Shown in pieces: positions 53,769 to 62,687 of a stretch of DNA of 64,000 nucleotides. The position numbers and the translations under genes are program-made. Position 1 is the stretch's first letter. Every line of letters starts with the position of its first letter. Source of the DNA: a virus; IMG/VR virus record IMGVR_UViG_3300030616_000001, positions 30,959 through 94,958 of that record; one strand, 5' to 3'. The notes under the pieces were generated by a model, which was given only the letters and a program-made list of their open reading frames with translations, did not search any database and was not told the DNA's origin.

Positions 53769-55286
53769 CTAGGCGGTCTTCTTGGTCTTCTTGGCGGCCT
53801 TGCGGCCCTTCCCGGCGGTGATCTCCTTCTCCTTGGCCGCGGCCTCGCGCTCGCGCTTCTTCGCGGCACGGGCCTTGTCCTTCTCGGCCTTGGCCTCGGC
53901 CTTGGCACGGGCCTCCTCCTCGGCCTTGATCTCCTCCTCGGCCTTCTTGCGCTCCAGGGTGGCCATGACGGTCTTGGCGGCGGCGTCCACCTTGGCGGTG
54001 AGGTCGTCCACGAGGGTGCCCAGGATGCTCTGGAACAACTCGGCGCGGTTGCGGAGGGTGTCGAACTCCTCGACCCGCTTCTCCAGGGTGTTGACCCGGA
54101 TCGTGTTCCACCCCTCGGCCTCGTACTGCTCCAGCTGTGCCGCCAACTCGCCCAGCTGGGACTCGAGGCCGTGCCGGGTCGCCTCCTGGAGGGACTCGAT
54201 CGTCTCGGCGGTGTCGAAGCACGGGATGATCACGGTGGTCTGCTTGAGCATCTTCATGAACCCGTTCCAGGCGCGGACCTGCTCGGCGTGCACGGCGGGG
54301 ACGAACCAGAGGCCGCCGTGGGGCAGGGACGGGACGGCGTGCCAGTTGCGGAACGCGAACTGGAAGGCGCTCCGCACGTCGCCGGTCAGATACGTGTAGG
54401 CCAGCTCCTCGTAGGCCTCGCGCAGGGCAACCGCCGCGGGGTGGGCGGGGTCCTGGAGCTTGAGGCAGTCCTTCGGCTCGGCGCCCTCGGCGTACTTGGC
54501 CCGGTCGAACCCGACCTTGGTCACGGTGGTGAAGGACGCGTCCTTCTTGCTGACCTTGTTCCCGGCGTCGTCCACGAGGTTGCGCTCCACGATGCTGTGC
54601 ACGATCCGGTTCTCGTTGTCCTCGACCACCACGGCGTCCTCGACGCGGCACTCCTTCCGGCCGGAGTTGAAGACCAGGCTGATCGCCTTCTTGTAGCACG
54701 CGATCGGGGTGTTCTTGGGCAGGCGCAGCTGGTCCAGGATGCCGCACGCCGTGGCCGCGGCCTCCACGTCGGCCTTGAGGTGCGTCCCGGACAGGCTCCA
54801 CCCCACGAGGTCACCGAGGTGCTTGCCGTTGTCCATCGAGATGGCCTCGGCGACCTTGCGGATCTTGCCCTTGGCCTCGATGCTGGGCTTCGGGGCGGCG
54901 GGCTTGGTCGTGTCCGGCTCGGGCGCGGCCTCTGGGGCGGGCTCGGCGGCGGGCTTGACGGCGCCCTTGGAGGGGGCGGGGCGGGTGGACTTGGTGCCCT
55001 TGTCCTCGGTGTCGGCGGGCACGGTGACCCCGGCCTTGCCCGGGTCCACGCCCCGGGCCTCCAGCTGGGCCAGGGTGATCGCGGCGGGCGTGTTGTCGCA
55101 CCCCAGCGCCTTGGCGGTGGCGGCGGCGTACTCGGTGGCCACCTTGTCCATGTCCCCGGACTTGGCGGTGGCGATGGCCTTCAGGTAGGCACGGGCGAGC
55201 TTGCGCGTCTCGGCGTCGAACACGTCGCGGGCGCGGCTGATGGCCTTGGCGTTACGGGTCATGGTCTTGATCTCGGCGTTGGTCAT
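53769..55286 (-). CDS. DUF6744-like protein with K/A-rich tails
   Basis: HLGDLVGWS..., GGLWFVP; upstream of MoxR/VWA; GAGGAGG RBS. Confidence 0.65.
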   Translation of the reverse strand: MTNAEIKTMTRNAKAISRARDVFDAETRKLARAYLKAIATAKSGDMDKVATEYAAATAKALGCDNTPAAITLAQLEARGVDPGKAGVTVPADTEDKGTKSTRPAPSKGAVKPAAEPAPEAAPEPDTTKPAAPKPSIEAKGKIRKVAEAISMDNGKHLGDLVGWSLSGTHLKADVEAAATACGILDQLRLPKNTPIACYKKAISLVFNSGRKECRVEDAVVVEDNENRIVHSIVERNLVDDAGNKVSKKDASFTTVTKVGFDRAKYAEGAEPKDCLKLQDPAHPAAVALREAYEELAYTYLTGDVRSAFQFAFRNWHAVPSLPHGGLWFVPAVHAEQVRAWNGFMKMLKQTTVIIPCFDTAETIESLQEATRHGLESQLGELAAQLEQYEAEGWNTIRVNTLEKRVEEFDTLRNRAELFQSILGTLVDDLTAKVDAAAKTVMATLERKKAEEEIKAEEEARAKAEAKAEKDKARAAKKREREAAAKEKEITAGKGRKAAKKTKKTA

Positions 55287-55392
55287 TGGGTCCTCCTCGG
55301 GGCTGTGCCCCTTGTTTGGGTTTACTGGACGGCAGCGGTTCGCCGTATCCCCGTCCAGTCGCTGCAATGTCAATATACTCACCATCACACTC

Positions 55393-55420
55393 ATTCTACA
55401 GGTTTCAAGTGCTGCGTAAA
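55393..55420 (-). promoter_or_regulatory. Early promoter TTTACG-N16-TAGAAT with upstream A-tract
   Basis: AT-rich island; TG before the -10. Confidence 0.75.
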
Positions 55421-55497
55421 CATTTTTTTTTAAAATAAATCACTTTCTTTATTCATGAGTGTTTACCTTTACTTGGCCCACCACTGGAAAGGGTGCT

Positions 55498-55692
55498 CTA
55501 CGGGAGGCACCACTCCTGGAGTGCCAGGAACCCAGGCGGCAGGGCCGCGGCCAGTTGGTCCAAGGGAAGCTCGCCCTCCACTGGGGCGCGGTCGGGGTCC
55601 GGCGCGAACTCGTCGATCAGCGCGGCCAGGGAGGACTCGGTGGCACGTGGGACGGCATGGATCGCCAGTGCCGGGTCCTCGTGGAGGATCAT
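55498..55692 (-). CDS. Hypothetical protein
   Basis: ATGA overlap start MILHED. Confidence 0.5.
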   Translation of the reverse strand: MILHEDPALAIHAVPRATESSLAALIDEFAPDPDRAPVEGELPLDQLAAALPPGFLALQEWCLP

Positions 55693-56111
55693 CGGGTCCC
55701 CCCGTGGACGATCTCCTGGACCTCCCATGCGGCGATCTCGTCCGTGACTTCGCGGCGGTGGAGCTCGGCGCGGCGCTTCTCCCGACGTGCCTTGTCCAGC
55801 CGCTTCTGGACGCGCTCGAGCGCCACGTTGACGGCGGCGGCCCGTTCCAGGTAGATGCGGAAGGCCACCATGCCGTGGCCGAAGTCGTACACAATCTCCC
55901 GGCGGCGCCGCAGTCGCTTGCCGGCGGCATCGGTCCGGCTCAGGATCATGGTGAACCGGTCGTAGCCGTCCCGTTCCACGTCCTCAACAACGCACCGGCG
56001 CACTCGGTTCTGGCCCGTGACCTGCCACAGCACGGTGCCCACCTCGGGAACGCCCGCGGCCGCCATCTCGGCGGCAACCGCGTCCAGGTTTGTCTCGTTG
56101 TTATTCGTCAT
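55689..56111 (-). CDS. Hypothetical early protein
   Basis: GAGGAGG RBS. Confidence 0.65.
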   Translation of the reverse strand: MTNNNETNLDAVAAEMAAAGVPEVGTVLWQVTGQNRVRRCVVEDVERDGYDRFTMILSRTDAAGKRLRRRREIVYDFGHGMVAFRIYLERAAAVNVALERVQKRLDKARREKRRAELHRREVTDEIAAWEVQEIVHGGTR

Positions 56112-56499
56112 CGTCATCCTCCTCATTGATTACCGTGCCGCACGCCTCCGGTCCTTCCCACGGTCCCCAGTGGCCAGTCTCGGTGACCCAGCGGGCCAGG
56201 TCGGGATAGGTGTAGCGGAAGCACTGGTCCGGGTCGATGTTGCCGAGGGCGTAGAACAGCGGCCGCGGCAGCGTGTTGCCACGGTCCACGTCCACGCACA
56301 TCACCAGGGAATCGGCGAACGGACCGCCGCCCTCGATGTCCACGCTGAACTCGATCCAGGCGTGGCCGTACTCGATGAACGGCGGCACCTGCAGTGTGGG
56401 CCGACCGTGCACCAGGGTGTACCCCGCGTGCTCGCCGTGGAAGGCCTTGTCCATCAGGAACTCGCCCGTCGCTTCGTAGCAGTTGCCCGTCGCTTCCAT
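56101..56499 (-). CDS. Transglutaminase/papain-like Cys-His protein
   Basis: GNCYE...LVHG...GHAWIE...D. Confidence 0.55.
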   Translation of the reverse strand: MEATGNCYEATGEFLMDKAFHGEHAGYTLVHGRPTLQVPPFIEYGHAWIEFSVDIEGGGPFADSLVMCVDVDRGNTLPRPLFYALGNIDPDQCFRYTYPDLARWVTETGHWGPWEGPEACGTVINEEDDDDE

Positions 56500-56500
56500 C

Positions 56501-56824
56501 TCAGTTGCCCTCCTGCCAGATCCCGCACCGGCGCAGGTAGTCGATGGCGGCGACCTTCATCTCGGTCCACGTCTCGCCACCGAACTCCCCCGGACCGATC
56601 CCGCCGTAGGCGTCGGCCAGGAACTTGATCGTCTCGTACACGAACCCGTCCCCCTGGTCGTCCTCGTCGCGCTCTATCGTGATCTCCACGTTGGATGGGC
56701 CGTAGTATTCCGCGCCCTTGGGACCGCAGCGGAACGTGTCCACCTGGACGTCGTAGGCCATCGCACGGATCTTCGCGGCGAACCGCTCCGCCGCCTGCTC
56801 CAGCTTGCCGATTGCAACCGCCAT
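56501..56824 (-). CDS. Hypothetical early protein
   Basis: 107 aa; GGAGG RBS. Confidence 0.7.
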   Translation of the reverse strand: MAVAIGKLEQAAERFAAKIRAMAYDVQVDTFRCGPKGAEYYGPSNVEITIERDEDDQGDGFVYETIKFLADAYGGIGPGEFGGETWTEMKVAAIDYLRRCGIWQEGN

Positions 56825-56825
56825 C

Positions 56826-57464
56826 TCAGCACCTCCCCGCCCTGGCGAGCGTGTTCTCGACCGCGGCCGCGACCTCCCGGGGCTTCCTGACCCGCAGGAT
56901 CACCGACGCCGGGATCCACCGCACCTCGCGCCGACGGGCCGTCTTGACCGGGCGCAGCTTCTCGTCGTAGCACCGCACCGGCCCCTCGGACTCGTCGAGC
57001 ATCTGGTTCCACTCAGCCGCGCCGGGCCGCACGATCCCGACCTTGCCGTTGCGCGGGTTGACCGGCTTGGCCACCGTCTCCCACGTGGGCTGTGCGTTGG
57101 AGTAGTTCACCAGCACCTCGTCCCCGGCCTTGACCTCGCCCAGGTTGGCGGCGAGCTCCATGCGCCGCTCCACCCTGGACTCCTTCCGGGCGTCCTCCTT
57201 GGTCTGCGTGATCGCGTGGGCGTCGATCGCGTTCTGGACCACGTCCTTGGTCCAGTGGCCCATCGGCGCCTTGAGCAGGCGCTCGCCGATCACGGTGTAC
57301 CCGAACGTGCGGCCCGACGCGATCATGGGGGCAAGCTGGTACTCGACGCGCCCCTTGTTGCGGCCGCGGCGGATCATCCTGGTCCCCACCACGACACAGT
57401 CCACCTTGCCCCGGCGCCCGTCCAGGCACACAACGTCGCCGATCCTCTTGGTCTTGGTCGTCAT
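56826..57464 (-). CDS. Hypothetical early protein
   Basis: Start MTTKTK after hairpin + GAGGAGG. Confidence 0.7.
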   Translation of the reverse strand: MTTKTKRIGDVVCLDGRRGKVDCVVVGTRMIRRGRNKGRVEYQLAPMIASGRTFGYTVIGERLLKAPMGHWTKDVVQNAIDAHAITQTKEDARKESRVERRMELAANLGEVKAGDEVLVNYSNAQPTWETVAKPVNPRNGKVGIVRPGAAEWNQMLDESEGPVRCYDEKLRPVKTARRREVRWIPASVILRVRKPREVAAAVENTLARAGRC

Positions 57465-57505
57465 CTCACTCACCTCCTCGCGCCCGCCCAGGGCGCGTGT
57501 CTGCG

Positions 57506-57982
57506 TTACCGGTTGGCGATCACGTGGTCGGTCCACGCCTTGTTCACGTCCGCGACGATCCTGCCGAACTCTGCCGCCGCCTCCTCGTAGTCGTCGTCCA
57601 GGATATGGCTCAGGACCAGGGACTTCAACCGCTCGTCGTAGGGGTCGGGGTCGAACCCGCGCATCTCCTCCGCGTCCTTCATCTTGCCGAACGCCTCGCC
57701 CACCACTGTCAACGCCGCGGCGCGGTTGCCGTCGCAGTCCTCGAGGGTGGCCTCGATCAGCGGGGGCACGTCGTAGTCGGGGGCGTCCACGGTCCGCGCC
57801 ACGCCGGCCAGGATCTCCCTGGCGGCGACGATCAGGCGGTCCGCCTCCTGGACCTTGACCAGCAGGTCCATGCGCTTGGTCTTGGCCAGGCCCACCTCCA
57901 CGGCGGTCAGGTCGGAATAGGTGGCCTGGAGGCTGCGGCACAGGCCCGCGATCCGGTCGTAGTTCGTGTCCTTGGTTCCCAT
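57506..57982 (-). CDS. Hypothetical early protein
   Basis: Start MGTKDT. Confidence 0.7.
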   Translation of the reverse strand: MGTKDTNYDRIAGLCRSLQATYSDLTAVEVGLAKTKRMDLLVKVQEADRLIVAAREILAGVARTVDAPDYDVPPLIEATLEDCDGNRAAALTVVGEAFGKMKDAEEMRGFDPDPYDERLKSLVLSHILDDDYEEAAAEFGRIVADVNKAWTDHVIANR

Positions 57983-58039
57983 CTCTGCCTTCCCTTCTCG
58001 CGGCCGCCCAGGCCGCGTGTCTGTGAGGTTCCGTGTCAC

Positions 58040-58579
58040 CTACTTCATCTCCCAGGCCGTGAGCTTGCCCAGGGCCGCGTCGGTCCACTTGATCTCGGCC
58101 TCGGGCGCGTCCTCGCCCTCCATGATCGCCATCGCCGCGTCCAGGATGTCCGCGTCCAGGTCCCGCACGTGCACGCGCTTGGCGATCCGCTCGGCGTCCG
58201 GTCCGAAGATGTCGAAGTCCGCGTCCACGTCGTTGAACTGGCGGCACTGGTCGGCGTCGGCGTACACATCGGTGCTGCCGCACTCCCACCGGCACACCAC
58301 CACGGTGAACCGCTCGGCCTCGGCCTGCTCGATGCTGCCGCGGATCATGGCGATCGTGTCGGTGAGGGTGTTGAACTCCACCGCCATCGCTGTGATCTTG
58401 GCCACGTCCACCCGGGGGCACTCGACCCGGTTCCCAGCGTCCCCGCGCACCGTGCGCAGGGCATCCTCCACGTCCTCCATGACCCCCTCCAGGGTGTCCC
58501 CCAGCATGGACGCCAGGGACAGGCGCCGGTTCGTGAGGGTGTCCAGGATCTGCTCCATCTGCTTGGTGTTCTCGTTCAT
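58040..58579 (-). CDS. Hypothetical early protein
   Basis: Start MNENTK. Confidence 0.7.
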   Translation of the reverse strand: MNENTKQMEQILDTLTNRRLSLASMLGDTLEGVMEDVEDALRTVRGDAGNRVECPRVDVAKITAMAVEFNTLTDTIAMIRGSIEQAEAERFTVVVCRWECGSTDVYADADQCRQFNDVDADFDIFGPDAERIAKRVHVRDLDADILDAAMAIMEGEDAPEAEIKWTDAALGKLTAWEMK

Positions 58580-58635
58580 GGGGTGCCTACCTTTCCGGCC
58601 CCGCCCAGGGGCCGCGTCTGTGTGGCCGTTGGCCA

Positions 58636-59016
58636 CTAGTTGCTCTCCGTGTTGAACGACCCGTCGAGGATCGCCTTGGCCATTTTCCGATACCGCTTCA
58701 ACGAGCGGCGGGTGTTGCGGCGAATGTGCTTGATCGCCTCGGGACCGGCGAACCGGGTCACCGGCGTGTCCTGGCGGGTACAGTTACAGGACCGGCACGC
58801 GGTCACGAGGTTGTGCTCGGAGTTGGTGCCGCCGTCCGCCTTGGGCTTGACGTGGTCCAACGTGACGTCGGTCGGGTCGGCGTCGCGCAGGTCCGCGAGG
58901 CAGTACAGGCACCGGAAGTCGTCCCGGAGGTAGATCGCCAGGCGCTTGTCGCTGCGGATCCACTGGCCTGCCGGTTGGTGCGGGGATCGTGCCCTCTTTC
59001 GCTCGCCGTTCGTCAT
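58636..59016 (-). CDS. HNH endonuclease
   Basis: RDDFRCLYC, TLDHV.P..GG...NLVTACRSCN. Confidence 0.9.
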   Translation of the reverse strand: MTNGERKRARSPHQPAGQWIRSDKRLAIYLRDDFRCLYCLADLRDADPTDVTLDHVKPKADGGTNSEHNLVTACRSCNCTRQDTPVTRFAGPEAIKHIRRNTRRSLKRYRKMAKAILDGSFNTESN

Positions 59017-59064
59017 CGTCCGTCCCTCCGTTTTCGTATCGTTCAACATAACCATCTCACCTTT

Positions 59065-59092
59065 ATTATACAAAATTCCCTGTACAGGTCAA
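59065..59092 (-). promoter_or_regulatory. Strong early promoter TTGACC-N16-TATAAT
   Basis: Near-consensus, AT-rich upstream region, TG before the -10. Confidence 0.85.
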
Positions 59093-59272
59093 TAAAAATC
59101 ACTACTTACACAACTTTTTTAGAAAAGTGAGTGTTTACGACGACTTACATCACATAAAAATGGGACCCGCCAGGGGTTGGCCGGGTCACGAGGTGTTACC
59201 AGGCGGTAAAATCGGGACCCCTTGCCAAGGGGTGGACCAGGACCTTGCGGAGGGGGCGGCTGCCGCCGCGCG

Positions 59273-59734
59273 TCACATCGAGGTGAGAAGGTGGATCACG
59301 TAGCCGCTGGCCGCGACCGCGGCGCCGATCAGCCCGCCGACCCACAGGACCGGGCGCGGGATCTCGTAGTGTCCGTTGGCGGAGTTGCGGATCAGGCCGC
59401 GCTGCGGCGTGATCTGGCCCGTGGGGTCGTCCCGGAAGTCACGGACGTCCACGGCGTCGTCACTGTCCGATTCGGCCCGGCGCATCGCCTTGCGGCGAGC
59501 CGGACACCGATCCCCGTGGGCGTTGATCGCGTCGCTGATCCGATCCGGCAGCCCCTGGACCGTGGGCTGGAGTTCGTCGCGGATCTCGTGCCATAAGCCC
59601 CGCGTCGATTGCTCAAGCGCGGCCTGGGACTTGCCGATCTCCCCGACTTCCGACCGCATCCCCTTCACGTCGGACCCGACAGCCTTCATGGTGGCCGTGA
59701 TCGACGCGAAGGCGGCGCTGCAGTCGGCCCGCAT
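59273..59734 (-). CDS. Coiled-coil protein with C-terminal TM (holin/XhlA-like)
   Basis: Topology; last gene of the structural block. Confidence 0.5.
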   Translation of the reverse strand: MRADCSAAFASITATMKAVGSDVKGMRSEVGEIGKSQAALEQSTRGLWHEIRDELQPTVQGLPDRISDAINAHGDRCPARRKAMRRAESDSDDAVDVRDFRDDPTGQITPQRGLIRNSANGHYEIPRPVLWVGGLIGAAVAASGYVIHLLTSM

Positions 59735-59841
59735 CGTGTGTTCTTCAGATTTACCGCCGGGCTTGAACGGCGGCGGTGAGTCGCTGGTGGTATGGGGCGG
59801 CACTGGGGACCTCCTTGACGCGCCTCGAGCGCGAGAGCGCG

Positions 59842-60906
59842 TTAGAAGGTCATCCACCCCGCCGGTGTCGCGTGGATCACCAGCTTGTCCCAGGCCACCA
59901 CGATCGCCGCGGGGCCGCCCGCGCCGTCGATGGTTTCGCCGCCGTTGGGCACCACGTTGATCGCGGCCACGCCGGCGTTGCCCATCGCGTCCTTGATCAC
60001 GTAAACCTTGCCCGGGGGCACGGTCGCCACTGCGGGCAGATCCACCTGGACCACACCACCCGTCGTGTCCACGTCCAGGATCACGTCGGCCGGCGCCGCC
60101 GGGTAGGGGGACATGCCGAAGTTGACCGTGGTCAACGCCATGACCCCCTCCACCAGCGACTGGACCGCGCTGTGGTCGGTGCCGTCACCGGTCCGGTGGG
60201 CGTCGTTCAGCGCGACGTTGGCGTGGTCGGAGCCGTCGCCCAGGGCGTGGGCGCGGTTGGACTTGACGAGACGGGCCGAGCTGAGGCTGAGCCAGCCCAC
60301 GCCGTCGCTGATGAAGGCCGCACCTTCGTTGTTTGAGGCGATGGTAAACGCGGCGGCCACGCCGTCGATGGTTTCCGCGCCGTCGGGGGTCACCGCGATC
60401 TGGTTGGCGCCGGCGCCCTGGGTGTGGTCCAGGACGCTGATCACGCGCCCCGTGCGGTTCGCCGCCGAGGGCAGGTTGACCACGGACGGGCCGCCGATCC
60501 CGGTCGTGTCGACGAGGACCGCGTCCACGCCGTCGGCGACGGCGTAGGGGGTTGCGGCCATCTCGTAGATCGCCCCGGTCGGGCCGAGCTTGGTCCAGTC
60601 CGCGCCGTTCCACGCGATCTCGTCGCCCGCCTCGAACTCCTGGCCCGTGTTGGTCTTGGTGGGGTCGTTGTCCACGACGTCGGCCTGGACCTCGTAGACC
60701 CAGCCGTTCTGCACGTCGCCGGGATCGGGGAAGTCCGCGGCCACCGCGACCGCCCCCTTGAACAGCATGGGGTTCGTCATCGTGGCGACGGCGGCCTCGT
60801 TCGCGTTGACCTGCGCGATGATCTCGTTCGTCTTGGTGACGAGCACGCTGTCGCTCGGCCCCATCACGCCCGAGGCCTGGTCCTGTGTGACCTGATCGAT
60901 TGCCAT
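59842..60906 (-). CDS. Fibre/decoration protein with duplicated beta domain
   Basis: FKGAV...GWVY...GDEIAWNG; two copies of PY...VDTT...V.LP...G...D..G.A...I..P.G.ETIDG. Confidence 0.7.
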   Translation of the reverse strand: MAIDQVTQDQASGVMGPSDSVLVTKTNEIIAQVNANEAAVATMTNPMLFKGAVAVAADFPDPGDVQNGWVYEVQADVVDNDPTKTNTGQEFEAGDEIAWNGADWTKLGPTGAIYEMAATPYAVADGVDAVLVDTTGIGGPSVVNLPSAANRTGRVISVLDHTQGAGANQIAVTPDGAETIDGVAAAFTIASNNEGAAFISDGVGWLSLSSARLVKSNRAHALGDGSDHANVALNDAHRTGDGTDHSAVQSLVEGVMALTTVNFGMSPYPAAPADVILDVDTTGGVVQVDLPAVATVPPGKVYVIKDAMGNAGVAAINVVPNGGETIDGAGGPAAIVVAWDKLVIHATPAGWMTF

Positions 60907-60957
60907 TTCGGATCTCCTTTCTTCGCGGCCTCGACCGCGTGTTTGGCTTGAGAAACC

Positions 60958-61167
60958 CTATCCCAGGCGCCCACCCCTGGTGTGCACCGTCACCCACTCC
61001 GCGCCGTCCCACGCCTTCACGACGTTGGCGGCTGTGTCCAGGACCGTGTCGTTGACGGCCGGGTCCTGGGGATACTCGTCCTCACCGGCCGCCTCCGTGG
61101 CGCCAAGGGCCGCCGCGACCTGGGCGGTGTAGTCGAGCCGCATCTTTCGCAATGAGAACATCGTCAC
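60958..61167 (-). CDS. Small fibre-associated protein
   Basis: P.DP..ND..LDT....KAWDGAEWV module. Confidence 0.6.
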   Translation of the reverse strand: MTMFSLRKMRLDYTAQVAAALGATEAAGEDEYPQDPAVNDTVLDTAANVVKAWDGAEWVTVHTRGGRLG

Positions 61168-61170
61168 CTC

Positions 61171-62370
61171 CTACGGAACCACGATACCGGTGGAGTCGAT
61201 CCACGCGCCACCGTTCCAAGTTAGCCACGCCCCTGGTCCCGGACCACCACCGGGCAGCAGATCCTGCGCCCAGAACCGGTACTGGACCGGCGGGTTGGCG
61301 GGCCGCGCATCGGGACCACCGACACCGGTCGTGCCCTGGCCCTGCTGTGCCGTGCCCAGGATGAACGAGGCGCCGTTCATGATCCAGTTGCCCATCGGCG
61401 GTGCGCCTGGGTTGTCCAGGATCAGGTTGCCCATCGCCAGGACGGTGCCGGCGTCGGCCTCGACAGCGTTACCTGCGAATCCGCCGAACGCGAACAGGTT
61501 GGCGCACATGGCGAAGGCCCCGTTCTTGAGGCGCAGTCCGTTGGTCGCGGACAGGGTGGCGCCGGTGAACACCGCGAACGCGCCATCGGCCTCGAGCGCC
61601 CACGCCGTGGGACTCGTCTCGCTCGCGTTGATCCCCACCGACGCGCCGAACATGCCGAACGCGCCGTTAAGCAGCTTGACCCCGCGCTCCGAGTCGCCGC
61701 CGCCGCCGCCCAGGAACCAGATGAATCCGGCCCCGTCGGCGACAACGCCCTCGCTTCCCGATCCCGCGTCCACCCCGGCGTAGATCATGATCAGGGACGC
61801 GCCATGAGGGTTCGGCTCGACGGAGACGGCACGTGCCACGCCCGTGGCCTTGCACTCCATGTTGAACAGGAACGTCTCGTAGGTGCCGGCGGCGAGGCCG
61901 TCGTCGACGTGGCGGACAGCGGAGTCGGTCGGCACCGCGCTGTTCGTCTCCACCCACAACCCGTTCACGAACGAGTCGAACGGCGGCACGGTCAAGGTGT
62001 GGCCCGAGCTCGAGCGGATCCTGGTCACGCCGGCAGGGCCAAACCGCGCCACATCGACGAGGCGTACGTGCCGCTTCAACACCACGTTCTCCACGTACAG
62101 GCCCGGTGCCACCTCGATGATGTACGGCTTGGTCGGGGAGGCGTCGGTGATGCCGTCGATCGCGGCCTGGATCTGCTTGAACGGACGCCCTGCCGATCCG
62201 TCTGGTGTGTACGAGTCCGTCCGTAGTCCATCGACGTGTACGATTGTCCCCGCGAGGGACATCAGATTGGACTCTGCGATCAGCTCGTTGATCCTGGTCG
62301 CAACGGGGTCGTCGTACCCGCTGAGGATGCCCTGGATGTCGTCCGCGGCGAGTCGTTTGATCTGCGTCAT
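61171..62370 (-). CDS. Spike/fibre with pectin-lyase-like beta-helix
   Basis: DGSAGRPFKQIQAAID...IEVAPGLYVE beta-helix start; WNGGAWIDSTG end. Confidence 0.75.
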   Translation of the reverse strand: MTQIKRLAADDIQGILSGYDDPVATRINELIAESNLMSLAGTIVHVDGLRTDSYTPDGSAGRPFKQIQAAIDGITDASPTKPYIIEVAPGLYVENVVLKRHVRLVDVARFGPAGVTRIRSSSGHTLTVPPFDSFVNGLWVETNSAVPTDSAVRHVDDGLAAGTYETFLFNMECKATGVARAVSVEPNPHGASLIMIYAGVDAGSGSEGVVADGAGFIWFLGGGGGDSERGVKLLNGAFGMFGASVGINASETSPTAWALEADGAFAVFTGATLSATNGLRLKNGAFAMCANLFAFGGFAGNAVEADAGTVLAMGNLILDNPGAPPMGNWIMNGASFILGTAQQGQGTTGVGGPDARPANPPVQYRFWAQDLLPGGGPGPGAWLTWNGGAWIDSTGIVVP

Positions 62371-62379
62371 CTTCTCCTC

Positions 62380-62676
62380 CTACTCCTCGAGGCCGAGAGG
62401 GAGCGGCCCTCTGCTATCGGGCAAGCTCGCAGCGGCTACCCAGCGAACGACTACGCGGTCGGGTGAGCCTCCCTGCGGGGCGTCCTTCAGAGCGACCGAA
62501 AAGGACGACTGCCCGACGTCTACCGCCTCGACCTCCACACCAGGCTCGGCCGTCAGCGCGACCTCGTATTCACCCGAGAACGGCTCGTCGAATGTGACCT
62601 CGGAGCGGTCCTGCCCGACGTCGATCAGCGCAGTCCCAAACCGCTGCGGGCCAGTCGTGATTTCGCCTCGTTCCAT
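62380..62676 (-). CDS. Small beta-sandwich fibre-associated protein
   Basis: VTFDEPF..Y.V.LT...SSFSV...VRWVA (gp53/H-lectin-like); GGAGGAG RBS. Confidence 0.55.
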   Translation of the reverse strand: MERGEITTGPQRFGTALIDVGQDRSEVTFDEPFSGEYEVALTAEPGVEVEAVDVGQSSFSVALKDAPQGGSPDRVVVRWVAAASLPDSRGPLPLGLEE

Positions 62677-62687
62677 AGCGACTCCTC

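Larger units (their letters stand above)
57479..58620 (-). repeat. Three intergenic CAGAC + 7-bp hairpin (loop UGGGC) elements preceding RBSs
   Basis: Copies at 57479-57503, 57999-58023 and 58596-58620 with compensatory stem changes. Confidence 0.75.

Noticed and set aside
1823-55433. Long plus-strand ORFs (e.g. 1823..4933, 50622..53135, 53139..55433)
   Set aside because: Antisense shadows of GC3-rich minus-strand genes; no recognisable motifs
57479-58620. Repeated hairpins as a CRISPR array or integron attC sites
   Set aside because: Spacing is gene-sized, the repeats are only about 25 nt, there are no attC R boxes, and no cas or integrase gene is present
59217-59233. Inverted repeat ACCCCTTG-C-CAAGGGGT as terminator of the structural operon
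   Set aside because: U-tract not adjacent; plausible but too weak to call
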